Shown one piece after another: positions 51,222 through 64,000 of a DNA stretch of 64,000 nucleotides. The notes under the pieces are model-generated. The model was not told the origin of the DNA and ran no database searches. It worked only from the letters and a program-made list of their open reading frames with translations. Location of the stretch: assembly GCA_016748015.1 (NCBI GenBank), contig JAAOMT010000127.1, forward strand, positions 33,312 to 97,311, written 5' to 3'. How positions within the stretch are numbered: position 1 is the first letter of the stretch; every line of letters starts with the position of its first letter. The translations under genes and the position numbers were made by a program. The stretch is from Geosiphon pyriformis uo1 (lineage: Eukaryota; Fungi; Glomeromycota).

Positions 51222-54200
51222 GCAGCCAATGCTGCCATGTTTTTGGATGATTTCTCTTCGGCCAGTAAGTTTTTGGATCTGAAAGCTATGTGAAACATTA
51301 TTCGCAAAATCATGGTTCTCTCAGCAAATAGAACATTTAAAAAAAGGTGGTTTAAAAGTTTTGAAGATGTTTTTACCAAGGTGTCTTCCAGATTTCATAA
51401 GCTGAAATTGCTAGTTTCTAAATTGGTTAAGGCTTTGCATTTGGTCTCTAGTGATAATTTTGCTTTTTTGCTGGAGGTATGAAACAGGCTCAATTCTGCT
51501 GGTGCATCAGCAGTGAAATCTTTTTTTTTCTTAGATTCTAATTTTGGTCTTATTTGTTCTGCACTGGCCAAGGCAAGAAAGTTGTACCACTCTTCCAAAT
51601 TGCTGGAATTCAGACATGCTGAGGAGTCTTCTATTAAGCAGACTATTAATAAAAAATGGAAAGTTTTGAGTTGGACAAAGGCCATATCATCAGAAATGTG
51701 TTGGAGTGTTCTTTTTGCAAAGTGGTATTAGACTATTTGGTTGTGGATGATGAGCTGGTCTTGGAGCCTGAGTTGGTCAAGTTTAAGATGGATGTGATAA
51801 TAGAGGGATGAACTAGGAAGCGTGGGGTGGTGACTAATATCTCGGATGATTAGATTTGTCAATATCAGCCCTTGGATTATGTCTTTAATGATGTTTTTTC
51901 TAACATTATGAGCTCGATTGGTTTTGATGAGATGTTTGCTGTGGTATTGAATCTGCCTGATGGGAAAGCAGCTGGTTTTTCTGGCATCTCGAATGAATTA
52001 TGGAAGTGCTGTGACAAGTCAGTTTTAGATATGCTTTTGGTGCTCTTAAATTGTTGTTTGGTTTGTGAGTTTGTTTCTGGTCCTTAGAGAGAAGCCTGGA
52101 TTTCGATGATTTCTAAACCATATGAGTGGAAGGGTGTTCTTACAAACACCCATCTCATTGCATTGATAGAAATGGCCCACAAAATCCTTTCCAAGATTCT
52201 CTCAAACAGAATTTCTTCAGCTTGCAGCACTTTTGATATTCTTCGTGAAGACAACTTCTCTGTCTTGAAAAGTACATCAATACAATCTCCCATTTTTGCC
52301 ATTGGTTCTGTGATTGAGAATGCTTTAGAAAAAAACCAGGAGCTGTGACTGGTGTTACAAAACATGCATAAGGCCTATGATTCTGTTGGGTGAATTCATC
52401 TCAAGAGAAGCTTAGTTAGAATCAAGATGTGTAACAGGTTCATTAGATTTTTTGGTGGGATTTACAATGGTTGTGTTAACAGAGTGATGACAGACTTTGA
52501 TTTAACTGATGGATATTGTGTTTATGATAGTTTAGATCAGGAAGAAGTCTTCTCACCTCTTTTCTGGCACATTTTCTATGATTCACTTTTGTGTGAGGTC
52601 AAGAGACAGAAGAGTGTGTGTGGGTACAGGTTGAATTTTTATTTTGTTTCCAAAAATGGCCAGACAAAGTTTCAAGCTGAGTTGATGTTATTTTTCGCTG
52701 CAAGTGCTTTTGTTGATAATACCATTTGGATAAATAGTAGCCAGACTGCTACACAACACATTTTCAACATTGCTGGTGAATTTTTTAGATTTAATAACAT
52801 TTTCATAAACAATGACAAAACTGTGACCATTTCCATTAATTGTTAGGTAGTATTTCCACATCTGACTATCAGTAGCGTACCAATTTCTATTACAAAGAAA
52901 GAAGAACCTCATCATTATCTGAGTATTTTTTTATCGACTAAGGGCTTGTTAAAGCCCAGTTTGGCTAAGGCTCATTTGAATGTGCATTTTTTTGTTAATC
53001 TTGTTCTGAAAAAGGCAATCTCAGATAAGCAGTTTGCTTATTTGGTGTCGGCTGTCCTGTTTCCAATTATTGGCTACAGAACTCAGTTTAGTTATGTTTA
53101 TTTCAGTGTGTGTAATAAGTGGGATGCTCTAATCTACAAATGTTTGAAGTCTAAATCTGGTCTCTTTCATGATTTCTCCAGTAATGTACTTTATCATCCA
53201 TCCCTATACAATTTGAAATTTTTTGAGCAAATTCAGGCTGAGAGCAAATCTGCTTTTGCAATTTTTTTTGCAAATTCGGCTGAAATTTTAAGTTGGTTGT
53301 TTTCTCACAGATTTCATGATCTTCAAGTTCTTAGCCAGAACCCTCGTTACTCTTTACAGTTTCCATTTTGTGTTAGAATAAATTTTTTAAACAATTTTTT
53401 GGCTGGTATGGTCTGTATTTTTTCTGGGTGTGATTTGTCTTTGGGTGGCTCTCTGGTCAGTGCTTTTTGTCTTTGTGGTGAAACTCTTTTGTCTTTTGTT
53501 CTTAGTGAGCCTGTTTATTGTAAATATGTCACTTTCTTTTGGCATTATGGTGTTGCTTTCATGGAGCAATTGCATGACCGGAATGATGTTGTTTTTGATT
53601 AAAGAACATTCAAACATTAGAAGTGGTTGGATTCTCATGGCCTAGTTCTCTTGTGGTTTAAGCTTTTGGTTCACTTTCTTATTGGGGTGGATTCTTTGTC
53701 TGTCTACTCTCCACTTTTGGATGACTGTTTCTCTTCTAACATTTTTCAGTCTAATGGGTTTGGTATTGTTAGTAATAGTCTCTTGTGTGTTGATGCTAGT
53801 CATTTGTCTGTGTATATGGATGGGTTTCTTAGTGGGTTGAGAACTTTAGGTATGAAGGCTGGTGTCACTGTTTTTTTTGAGGATGTGGGTTTAGGTTTGG
53901 GGTGTAGGAGTGTCTGGTTTGGTTTCTTCTACCATGACAGAGTTGTAGACCATCACTTTGGCTCTTGAGTGTGTTTTTCCTTTTCATTATGTGGATTTGT
54001 TCTTGGATAGTCAAGCTGCTCTGGATGCATGCAAGGTGGAGTCTTTGTTGGTTTGCCCAGATTTTAGAAATTGGTGTTGGATCGAACATCACCATGTCTT
54101 GAATGTTATCTGTCATAAGAATTTAGTTGTTAATTGGGTCAAAGTTAAAGGTCACTCAGGTGTCTTAGGCAATAAGCATGCTGATAAACTGGCTAAAGAT

Positions 54201-55229
54201 ACTGTGTTTTTGGATTGGTTTCTGCCTTACTTAGTTGGCAAGCATTTTCTAAAGACAGATGGTACTGCAGTTTTTGGTAACTCTAGACATTTCATTCATG
54301 ATGTTTTTAGGTCTGTTCATTGAGCACATTATGAGGTTGGTTCTGGTTCATGGGTCGTGGTGAGCAGTTTGTATGCTAATATTAATTGGTACAGATTATC
54401 TTTGGTTTGGTACCCAGATTCTCACTTAGCTGCTGGTTTTACTAGTGTGCAGACTGCTGGCTTCTGGATGTATTTTATAAAAGTTCTATATTATTGGCTT
54501 CTTGTTGCTGTATGCAAACAACTCTATGATAAGTGTTATCTCAGTGTGGTATGTTTGTTCTGTGGTGATATTGAAGTTTCAGACCACATCTTTTTTTGTT
54601 CTTTCGATATTGTTACACACATTCAGCTGTTGGATGCTTATGCTTCTGCTTGGTTGGTGTGTTCTGATTTATCTCATTTTTTTCATGCATTGTACAGTTG
54701 TTGGCCACTTGTGCTGCTGACATAGAAGTTAGCTCTGCACTGTGTAAGGGTTTTGTTCTCAATAATTAGTACTGTGAATCTGTTGCTGTTTTCAAGGACT
54801 TAAAAATTGCAAGTCTCAATATTGTGGGTTTTGTGCATGAGTTTTGTCTTGCTTTCTAGGAGGATATTTGGTTGGTTTGCACCAAATACTGGGTTTTCAT
54901 GAAGAAAAACAATCTGATTCCATGTGATAGTTCTGTTCCCATTTTAGTTATTGGCTTTTCTTCAGTGTTTTCAGCTGGTGTAATTAGATTGTTGGGAATT
55001 ACAGATGCTTTGGGTGTTGGTTTTGGGTTTCATAAATCTTGCTTGTTTTTTTCGGGTATTGGGAACTTGGTCTCTGTTAATATAGGGGTATAATGTTGTT
55101 CTGATTGGTCTGAGTGGCTGGTTATGTGTAAATAATACATGATTTGCACTTAGTTTAAATCATTTGTATGATGTATGGTACTAGGCTGCATTTGGACTTC
55201 ACTCATTAAACATAAATAATAATAAAAAA
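51222..55229 (+). mobile_element. LINE copy 3, 3' part (RT, RNase H, 3' UTR, A-rich tail)
   Basis: RT and RNase H fragments 51872..55093 (KVKGHSG); conserved 3' end CACTCATTAA + A-rich tail. Confidence 0.9.
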
Positions 55230-55558
55230 TTGTATGAAATAATATATTAATAAAAATTAATATAAAAATTAATAAGAATATTAAATACTTATAAATTTAC
55301 AATTAGAATTTTTGTATTTAAAATATACAAAATTAAAAATTAAAAATTTGTTAATTTAAGAAATAACTTATTTTTAATCATATTATAAATAAAATTTTAC
55401 TAAATAAAATAATTTTATAATATTTAATTTAATATATATTATAGACATATTTAAGAAATTTAAAATATTAAAACAAGATATAAATTGCAAAATTAAGTTT
55501 TTTAATCTTAAATTATATAAAATTTATATTAAAAAAGTTTTAAGTAAATTATATTTAA

Positions 55559-56505
55559 TGTTATCAACAAAAATTTAAGCTATTAATTAGCATAAAATTA
55601 TAAAAATAATTTTTATTATTAATTAAAATATAATATTATTTTCAAATTATTATTTTTTATTATATAAAATTATTTAAATTATTATTCAATTAATAATTTA
55701 ATTTATACAAAACACAAATATAACCAAATTGTGATAATTAAATTATGTAATATTTTAAATTATATAATATTTAAAAATTTGCTGAAATATTTAAAATTTG
55801 ATAAAATATTCAATAATTTACCAAAATAATTAATAGTTTGCAGAAATAACAAGTAATTTAATAAAATATATTTTTAATTTGTTGAAATATTTTAAAAAAA
55901 ATGTTAAATTATAGAATAATAGTATAATAAATTATATAAAAAAAATGTTTTTTCTTTAAGAAAATGTATTTTTTATTTTTTATTTTAATTAAAATTAACA
56001 ATTAATTATTATAAATTAATTTAATAAAACTTACTTTAAAAATCCAAAAATTTCTAATTATTATTGTTTAAAATTAACAAATTAAATAATAATATTTTAA
56101 AATTAATTAACTACTAATTTCAGTAATTGTTAATACTTTTAGGTTTGAATTTGAAATGATTTTTTTGAAATCTATTTCTTATTTTTTTTAATTTAGTTAT
56201 TTTTTTATTTTTTTTACATTTTTTATAATATTAGATAGTTTACAAATAAAATTTTTTGTAAAAAAATTAACTTTTATTACAAAATAACTACATAAAATAA
56301 TTAACTTTTATTACAAAATAACTACATAAAATAATTGATATAAAATTTGTTATTTTATTATAAATTTAATAATATATAAGATTTAAAATATAAAAAAATA
56401 TCTTGGAAAATAAATTAGCTTATTAAAGATTAATTAAATTTTGTAAAATTAATAACAAAATAGCATTAATAATATTAAAAAAAGTATAAAATTTTTTTAA
56501 TAACA
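55559..56505 (+). repeat. Hypermutated solo LTR of family A
   Basis: Starts TGTTATCAACAAAAATTTAAGCTATTAATTAGCATAAAATTA (cf. 5458 TGTTACCAGTAGAATTTTAGCTATTAATTAGCATGAAATTA), ends TAATAACA, flanked by TTAA/TTAA; colinear with LTR A at several internal blocks with most C>T and G>A. Confidence 0.82.
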
Positions 56506-56542
56506 TTAATTTGAATATTTAATAAATATCTTAAAAACAGTA

Positions 56543-58290
56543 TTTTTTTTTTTTATTAAAGCTTAACGAGTGAAGTCCAAATGCCACCTAGTGCTATACA
56601 TCATACAAATGATCTAAACTAAGCGCGAATCATGCCTTTGCTACACGTGACCAGACATTCAGACTAGTCAAAACAACACTATGCACTTATATGAATAGAA
56701 GTCATGTCACCAACACTTGCATAAAACAAACAGTGCTTACGATACCCAAAATTGATGCCAATTGCATCATTAACACCCAGCAACCTAATTACTCCAGCCG
56801 AAAACAATGAAAAAAAACCAGAAACAGCAACAGGAACAGAACCATCATGTGGAATCAGCTTATTCTTCTCCATAATGACCCGGTGTTTCACACAGACCAG
56901 CCAGATATTATTATGAAACACAAGACAGAACTCACATACAAAATTCACAACATTAACCACTGCCACCTTGGAATCCTTGTAAACAGAAACAGACTCATGA
57001 TACCAATCACTGAAAACAAAGTCTTTACACAGGACTGTACTGACAGCCACATCTGAAGCACAAGTCGACAACAACCATGCAACGCATAAAAAAGAATGAG
57101 ACAGGCCAGAATGTACCTTCCAGGCAGCTGCATAAGTGTCCAACAAATTGGCGTGACCATCAGTGTCAAAAGAGCAAGAAAAAACATGGTCTGAGACCTC
57201 AACCTCATTACAGAACAAACAAACCACACTGGGATAGCCTCTATTATACAGATATTTTTGCACAGCAACAGGAAGGCGATGATAAAGGGCTTTTATGAAA
57301 TATGTATGAAAGCCAGCTGTTCTAATACTAGTAAAACCAGCTGCCATGTGGGAATCTGGGTGCCACACCAGAAAGGACCTCAACCAGTTAATATCAACAT
57401 GCATACACCCCGGAACAACCCGGGAACCAGAACCAATCTCCCAATGTGCACAATGAATTGACCTAAATACATCACAAACAAAATGCCTTGAATTGCTAGA
57501 AACCGTGTCAACACCAGCCTTCAAAAACCTCTCACTGACCAAGTGGGGCAGGTGCCAGGTAGAAAGGGCAACATCCTTAGCCAGTGCATCAACACGTTTG
57601 TTGTCTAAAACACCCAAATGGCTCCTAACCTTAATCCAATTAACATTCAAATTTTTGCGACAAATGACATTGGCAATGTGACAATGCTCAATTCAACAAC
57701 AATTCCTGAAATCAAAGCCAACTGATAAAGACTCTGACCTGCAAGCATCGATAGCCACCTGGCTGTCCAAAAACAAGTCAACCAAACAAGAAGAAGGAAT
57801 ACACTCAAGAGCTAAAGCAATGGCCTGTAATTCCACCAAAGTAGAAGAAACCAAACCAGAAACCCTCACACCCAGACCCGAATTAATGTTCTCAAAGAAA
57901 ATCACAGTACCAGCCAACATGTCAACAGTGCCCAGGTTACTCAGAGACCCATCTGTGTACACAGAAAGGCAGGCAGCAGCAACATTCAATAGATCATTAC
58001 AAATAACACCAAAACCAAAAGACTGATGGACGTCAGAAGAGCCACAAACACCCTTATGAGGAAAATAACCAGAAGAAAAAGCTATATCATCAAGAAAATA
58101 CACAGAGAAATCAAACCAGGAGGGGACTGGGCCATAGGGGTCCAGTCTTTTCCAATGCTTGAAAGTTTTCCAATCGAAAACAACACCATTTCAGTCACAA
58201 AGCTGTTCTATGAAAGCAATATCATAACACCTGAGAGAAGAGACACATTTGAAAAAAATTGTCTCGCCGAGAACTAGAGACATAGGAGTG
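56543..58290 (-). mobile_element. 5'-truncated LINE copy 4 (RNase H + C-terminus + 3' UTR)
   Basis: ORFs 57693..58103 (YTDGS, DSQ) and 56679..57650; T-run tail; abrupt junction with AT-rich DNA at 58290; possible short TSD GTATTTTTT. Confidence 0.9.
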
Positions 58291-59198
58291 TATTTTTTAT
58301 TTTATTTAAAACTTGTATTATTAAATTAAAAATATGATTAAAACATTAAAATCAAAAATATTCTAAATTTTATTGAATGTTTTTTTTTTATAAAAATATT
58401 ATTATTTGTAATATTATTTAAAATAATAACAAAAAATTATCAAAAAAAATTTAGTTTAATAATCAATAAAATTAATAGTAAAATTATATAAAAAAAAGTA
58501 AATATAATTTTTTTAAATTGTTTTTTTAACTTTTTTGACTGAAAATTCAGCTTAAAGCAATAATAAAAACCACTTAATTTAATACTAAAAAAACATTATT
58601 TTTAATAATATAGATATTGTAATAATTTTAAATTTCAAATAATACTAATATCAAAAATTTGGCTTTAAAACAATAATAAAAACTAATTTAAATCAACATT
58701 AAAAAAACATAATTTTTAATAATATAAATACTATAGCAATTTTAGGTTTTAAATAATATTATTACAAGTAAATTTATTAAATAAATTAATAGTTTTGTAA
58801 TTTAATATTTAAGTTGATAAATATTGTAATCTGAAAATTTTTTAAAGATTTAGTTAATAATGTTTTTTATATAATAAACAGATATTTAATATAATTATAA
58901 TTAATTTAAATATATGTTTTTTTAATATAGTGATTGGTTTATTCTGATATTTACACTTTTTTAATAAGCAATTTTAATTCTATATTTATATTTACATTTT
59001 TTTTGGTGTTTTTTATTAAACAATTATTGATTTTATAATCTTAGTATTTTTTTTAATCAATTTAATAAACAAAAAATAAAAATAAAAAATAAATAAATAA
59101 ATTAAAAGTTAATATCTTATTAATAATTATAATTAAAAGTTATTGTTCTAATATTATTAAGTTAATATATTTAATGCTAATAATATTAATAAAAAAAA

Positions 59199-60878
59199 CT
59201 CTTTTTCTCCTTCATTCCAAATTCCTGAAAAAGAGTCATATTTTGAAAGTAGTTTTTTGTTTTTCACTTGCTGTACCTTAACATTTCTCTTATAAATAAT
59301 CTCTTTATTGTGGACTCGGAAGCTGCTTCTGGCAGTAGTATGTCGAATAAGAAAGCTTCTGTTGGTGCTTCTTCTGGTTCTGTTGGTGGTCTCTCTTCTC
59401 AAAAAAAAAGAATTTCCTTTCGCCATATGGATCAGTCTGGTGATAAAAACAAAGCTGCTTTGGCTAAATCTATTTCTGGTGGGAGTCAATACTCGGATAT
59501 GGAAAGTGATTCTGGTGACAGTGTTGCTAGTGGCATCTTGGCTGGTGGTAATGATGGTTTTCTTCTTGGCTTGGCTACAACTACTCCTAAGGCAAAGAAA
59601 GTTAAGAATAATTTGGACTGCGGCTCTCTTTTTGGTTTGTTAGATTACAACATAAATGATGATGATGGTGGTCCTTTCCTCCTTTCTCTTGGTATTCTTT
59701 TAGAAAAAATGTGGTTGAATCCCAAGATTGTTAAATCTCAAGTGGAAGTTGCTGTTAGGAAATCCTTTGCATTAGATATTAATCTCTCGGCCGTGGAAGG
59801 CAAATCGGTGACTGTAAAAACTCAATTGATCAGAAAATTGTTTTCAAAAATCAACGGTTTTGGGAGGGCCACTACCCTCTCAAAATTTGAAGAGATCATC
59901 AGATTGACGTTTACTTTATCAGAGAGCATGGAAAAGGCCACATCATTGGCCAAGAAAAATAACATAGTAAACAGCAATCTTAAGAGACAAAAAATTTGCT
60001 CAGATCGGGCCGTAGTAATCAAAGAAATTCCCATGGATATGCCAAAGGAAATGATCATCACCGCAGTATCCGAGTATGGTCAGATAGTGTCTATCAAAGT
60101 TCAGTTAATTGGGCTATGACAGAAGACTGTGGTGGAGTTTGCCGAATCTAGCCAGGCTGATCTGTTGGCGTCAAAATAGTCTTTCCTAATTGGGAAAAAT
60201 TCTGTGCATGTGGCCAAAACTGTGAGAGATCATGAAACATGGGCTTTTAGGAATCAATTTAGGGTGCTTCTGTTCACTTTGCTGGTGAGAACGACAGCTC
60301 ATGATCTTGGGAATCTTTTGTAAGGGGCTGGTGGGAAAACTTGTGTCATTAATCATTCATTGGAGACTGACAACAGAACACGCTGTGCTGTGATATGTTT
60401 TGAATCTTTCACACGGAGCCAATCTTGGGTGGAGTGAGACTCTCATGGGCTAGGTTGGATTTGGTTCACTGTGAACAGTATGAGAAGTTCGGTCATTCTG
60501 TCTTGGAATGTGATGCTGAGGTTGCATCAGATTCTCAATCATACAAATCTTTTAAAAAGCCTGCTAACTTGGATACTCGTTTCCAGTTGGCCAAATTATA
60601 TGCTAAAAAGAAAGTTCTGATCTCTCGTCCTGTCGCTTTTGGAGGCAAATCCTGGGCCCAAGTGGTCTCAATTGCTTCGGTCTCTCGTGTTTCTCTTGAT
60701 GGCTCTGGTTCTGGTTCTCTGTTCTTTGGTGCTTCAAGTTCTGGTAATACCCCTCTCCCTCCCTCTATGGTTGATGCCCCCTTGGGTGCACGTTTGGCAC
60801 GTCTGGAACGCTCTGTAGAGTTTTTATCCTATCAAATTTCGAACATTCTTCTTTATTTTGACAATTTCAGTTTGGTGC
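59199..60878 (+). mobile_element. LINE copy 5, 5' part (ORF1), interrupted by element D
   Basis: ORFs 59268..60119 and 60425.. are homologous to ORF1 of other copies (KSFALDINL, FGGKSWAQVV). Confidence 0.88.
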
Positions 60879-63800
60879 TGTTACAGTTTAAGAATTTAGC
60901 AAAAAGAATCATAAAAATAATACAAACTATTCAATCATAATATAGCACAGTAATAATCTTAGAAAAGTAATGATTAACATAGTAGCAAACACCATTTCGC
61001 GATAGTGGCAAGCACCAGTTCACAATAGCAGCCAATACCAACTGGTGATAGCAGCAAACACCAGGTTGAAATATCAAAAAGAAAGTATTTTCTTGTAGAA
61101 CTACAAACATGTATATATACAGTAGTTTTAATATNNNNNNNNNNNNNNNNNNNNNNNNNNNNNNNNNNNNNNNNNNNNNNNNNNNNNNNNNNACAGTGAC
61201 ATTATCACACAAATAGAATTGAGGAACTCATGAAAGACTGATTGCAATTAAAGCGGAATATCAGCAATTAAATATAACAAGAAAACCATCCCGTAACATT
61301 TGGTGAACCCTACGAGGAAAGAAAATCAAAAAGGAAATAATAATTAGCAATAATTCATTGCTAAAAAAAAAAAGACAAAAGTGGCGACAAAAACCCCTAA
61401 TCTTACTGTTCTTGAATTCTGCCGTGCTATTTACACACAAAATTAAAGTGATCTTGGATTACCAGAAGGGTGTTGTCCAGCAGAATCTGCTCTCACTTAT
61501 TATATCAATGCCAGAATAAATTATCATATAGGAAAGGAAGAAAAACCACACGACGCAAAACTTGGATTGTATAGAGAATTATCACAATATACTACAAAAG
61601 AAGTAGCAGTAATAGCCACAACTATTGTCAAAATCCATCGAGAAATTGAGCAATACGCCAACAAAAATTTTCCAATATCCACAGGAAACACTAGGGAACA
61701 CACCAACAAAACCAAAGAAAATTTAGAAACTAATCAGGAAAGTAACCAGCAAAAACTAGGAACACCAGCTCAAACACCAAAGAAAACTGTCACTCAATCA
61801 ATAAAGAAACAACGTATTTATTCACCAGAAGATAAATCATACCATTTTTCACCAAAAAATAAGATACAAATTCCATTAGGAGCTGCATCATCATCAACAT
61901 CAACTCCACAAACGCCAAGAACTCCTAGTTATATTGATAAAATTAAACAACATAACTGGGGAGACATACCAATTACAGGAGGATATTCATTACTATTCCA
62001 AAACCCTCTTTTTCAGCCAAAATTTAGAACGGGGTTTGAAAACCGTGAAGAGGAGTCTGAATCGGAATCCGAAAAAGAGACCAGCAAAAAAACAATCACA
62101 AGACCAGTCACTGGAACAAGCAGCCAGTCCAGAAACCAAGAAACTCGTGATCAAGAAGAAGAACCGGATATAAGAGAAGCCACCTTTAGGAACGCTCAAG
62201 GAAATATCATCCCACCTCCTCTTAGACCAATAAATCCACCAGCAGAAAACGGCAACGAAATGACTACACCATACATTGCAAGACTAACAGATTTTTCAGG
62301 AGAGGAAGAAAAAACGGACGTGCACACATGGCTCAGAAAAGCACAAAAAGCCATCCAGGCAAATAACTGGAATGACCAAAGAGCAATTCAAACATTATCT
62401 TTCTTCCTGAAAGGCACAGCCGACTCGTGGTATCAAAGCCTAGAAACAAAACCCACGAGCTTTGCCGAATTTAAAAATGCACTCCTGGAGTATTTTAGCA
62501 ACCCAAACACCATAATCCAACTACAGAACGAATTCAATACTATCAAGCAAAATACTGGTGAAACTGTCATCCAATACCTTGCTCGATTCAATCGAATTCG
62601 CCGTCAGATTGAAGCGATTGAACAAGGATACTACACTGATCCTCAAGTTTTAAATCAGTTTATTAGAGGATTAAAAAGCAGCATTTTAGAAAGAGTATGC
62701 TCTGCCCACCCTAATTCCTTACCAGAAGCCGTTACGCTCGCCAGAGCCCTTGAATCGAGAAAAAAGCTAACCATAGTCAAATGGTTAACATGGTAATGGA
62801 GGAAAATAAGACAGAAACATTAGAGAAAAGAGTAACGCAATTAGGGGAGGAACTCTCTAAAAAAATAGAAAGTTACCTCATCCCGGATCCGAGAAAAAAT
62901 ACATACCAACCACCCCAAAGATGCAGCCAGGAAGTCAGTGACAGTCGAAATAATCGCTTGTTGCACCAGGAATTCAGAACAGAAACACGCGTCTGCCATT
63001 TTTGCAAACGTGTAGGACATTTGATTAGTCAATATCGAACGTGAATGATACAGGAAGCACGCGAAAATAATTACTATGCGCCACTCCAAATGCCCAGAAA
63101 CCAGTACACGCCAATACCACACCAATATCTCACCACATATCAAAATCAAGGAGCTTACCAGCAACAGCCCATGATAGCCAACCCGAATTGGCGTCTCGAG
63201 GCCCGAAATCAGCCCATGTGGAACCAGAACGCGTTGGTTCAGAGGAATCCAAACCGCGCCGGAACCAATCAGCAAACCAATCCAAACTACCAAAATTATC
63301 AACAAACTTATCTTAATATACCAGAAAACCTGATCATCGGAAACAATGACGGTAGAAACATAAACAGAACCAAGAATTCTTCCAAATTGAGCCAGACAAT
63401 ACCACTGAAGATAGCAGCCTCGCAGCTATTTTTCCTTTTGAATTAGAGGAAAACGAGGCTATGTTCAGTGGAGCAGCATTGGATGAAAAACACCCAATCA
63501 CTGCTATGTATATGGAAGCCACTGTAAACAATACCCCAATCAAACTTATCTTAGACAGCGAATCCGCTAGAAACATTGTAACACTTTAACTAGTAAACCA
63601 ACTGGGTTTCAAAGTTGATCGTGCCGCGACGTCCCAAATTATAACAGCCAATGGAAGTACAAAGCTGCCTCATGGCGAAATCGACTCATTCCCTTTCGAA
63701 ATTAATGGCATAGTAATACCTACAAAAGTATTAGTAATGGACGCTACACAATATCAAGCATTAGTAGAGAATGACTGGCTAACAAAAGCCAACGCCACCC

Positions 63801-64000
63801 TAGACTGGACCACCCAAGAGCTTCTAATCAATTATAATGGCCACCAGGCCAAAATTCCAGCCACCTGTGGCCACTTCCAAAAACCCAGCGCCAACCAAAG
63901 ACCTACCTTCGAATTTGAGGAAAATCCAGCACTACCAGCCATCGAAACCTATCAGCTCTCTTGGGCTGATGACCAAAGAACAGGACTACCAGCCGTACCA
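60879..64000 (+). mobile_element. Ty3/Gypsy element 'D', 5' portion: LTR 60879..61298, PBS, gag, zinc knuckle, protease; continues beyond the window
   Basis: TGTTAC...GTAACA LTR (contains an N gap); PBS TGGTGAACCCTACGAGG; gag ORF 61567..62796 homologous to C; CHFCKRVGH; ILDSES protease; more CpGs retained than A or C. Confidence 0.9.
61135..61192. other. Assembly gap (N run)
   Basis: Run of n characters inside the LTR of D. Confidence 1.

Overview
Eukaryotic, very AT-rich, repeat-dominated DNA. The transposon families look like those of Glomeromycotina fungi; Geosiphon-like is my recollection, not a search result. Most of the window is nested, decaying retrotransposons. There are five copies of an APE/RT/RNase H non-LTR (LINE) family and four Ty3/Gypsy elements (A, B, C, D), plus two solo LTRs. 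The Gypsy lineage has an unusual layout: gag-protease-Cys-rich domain-dUTPase-RT-RNase H, then a stop, a separate integrase ORF and an extra ORF3. Near-pure A/T deserts separate the elements, and at least one desert is demonstrably an LTR eroded by C>T/G>A mutation. The only host genes are a divergent, intronless pair of small secreted-protein genes. One encodes a 319-aa precursor of five 55-aa Asn/Ala/Thr/Glu-rich peptides separated by Kex2-type KR sites. The other encodes a 142-aa Pro/Gly/Tyr-rich protein with a KR-EP site. This 2,968-bp cassette occurs twice as an apparently identical inverted repeat (9455-12422 / 21459-24426) around a 9-kb spacer that contains a LINE. It is the best candidate for an undescribed system, possibly a repellent- or amyloid-like surface coat kept in a palindrome.
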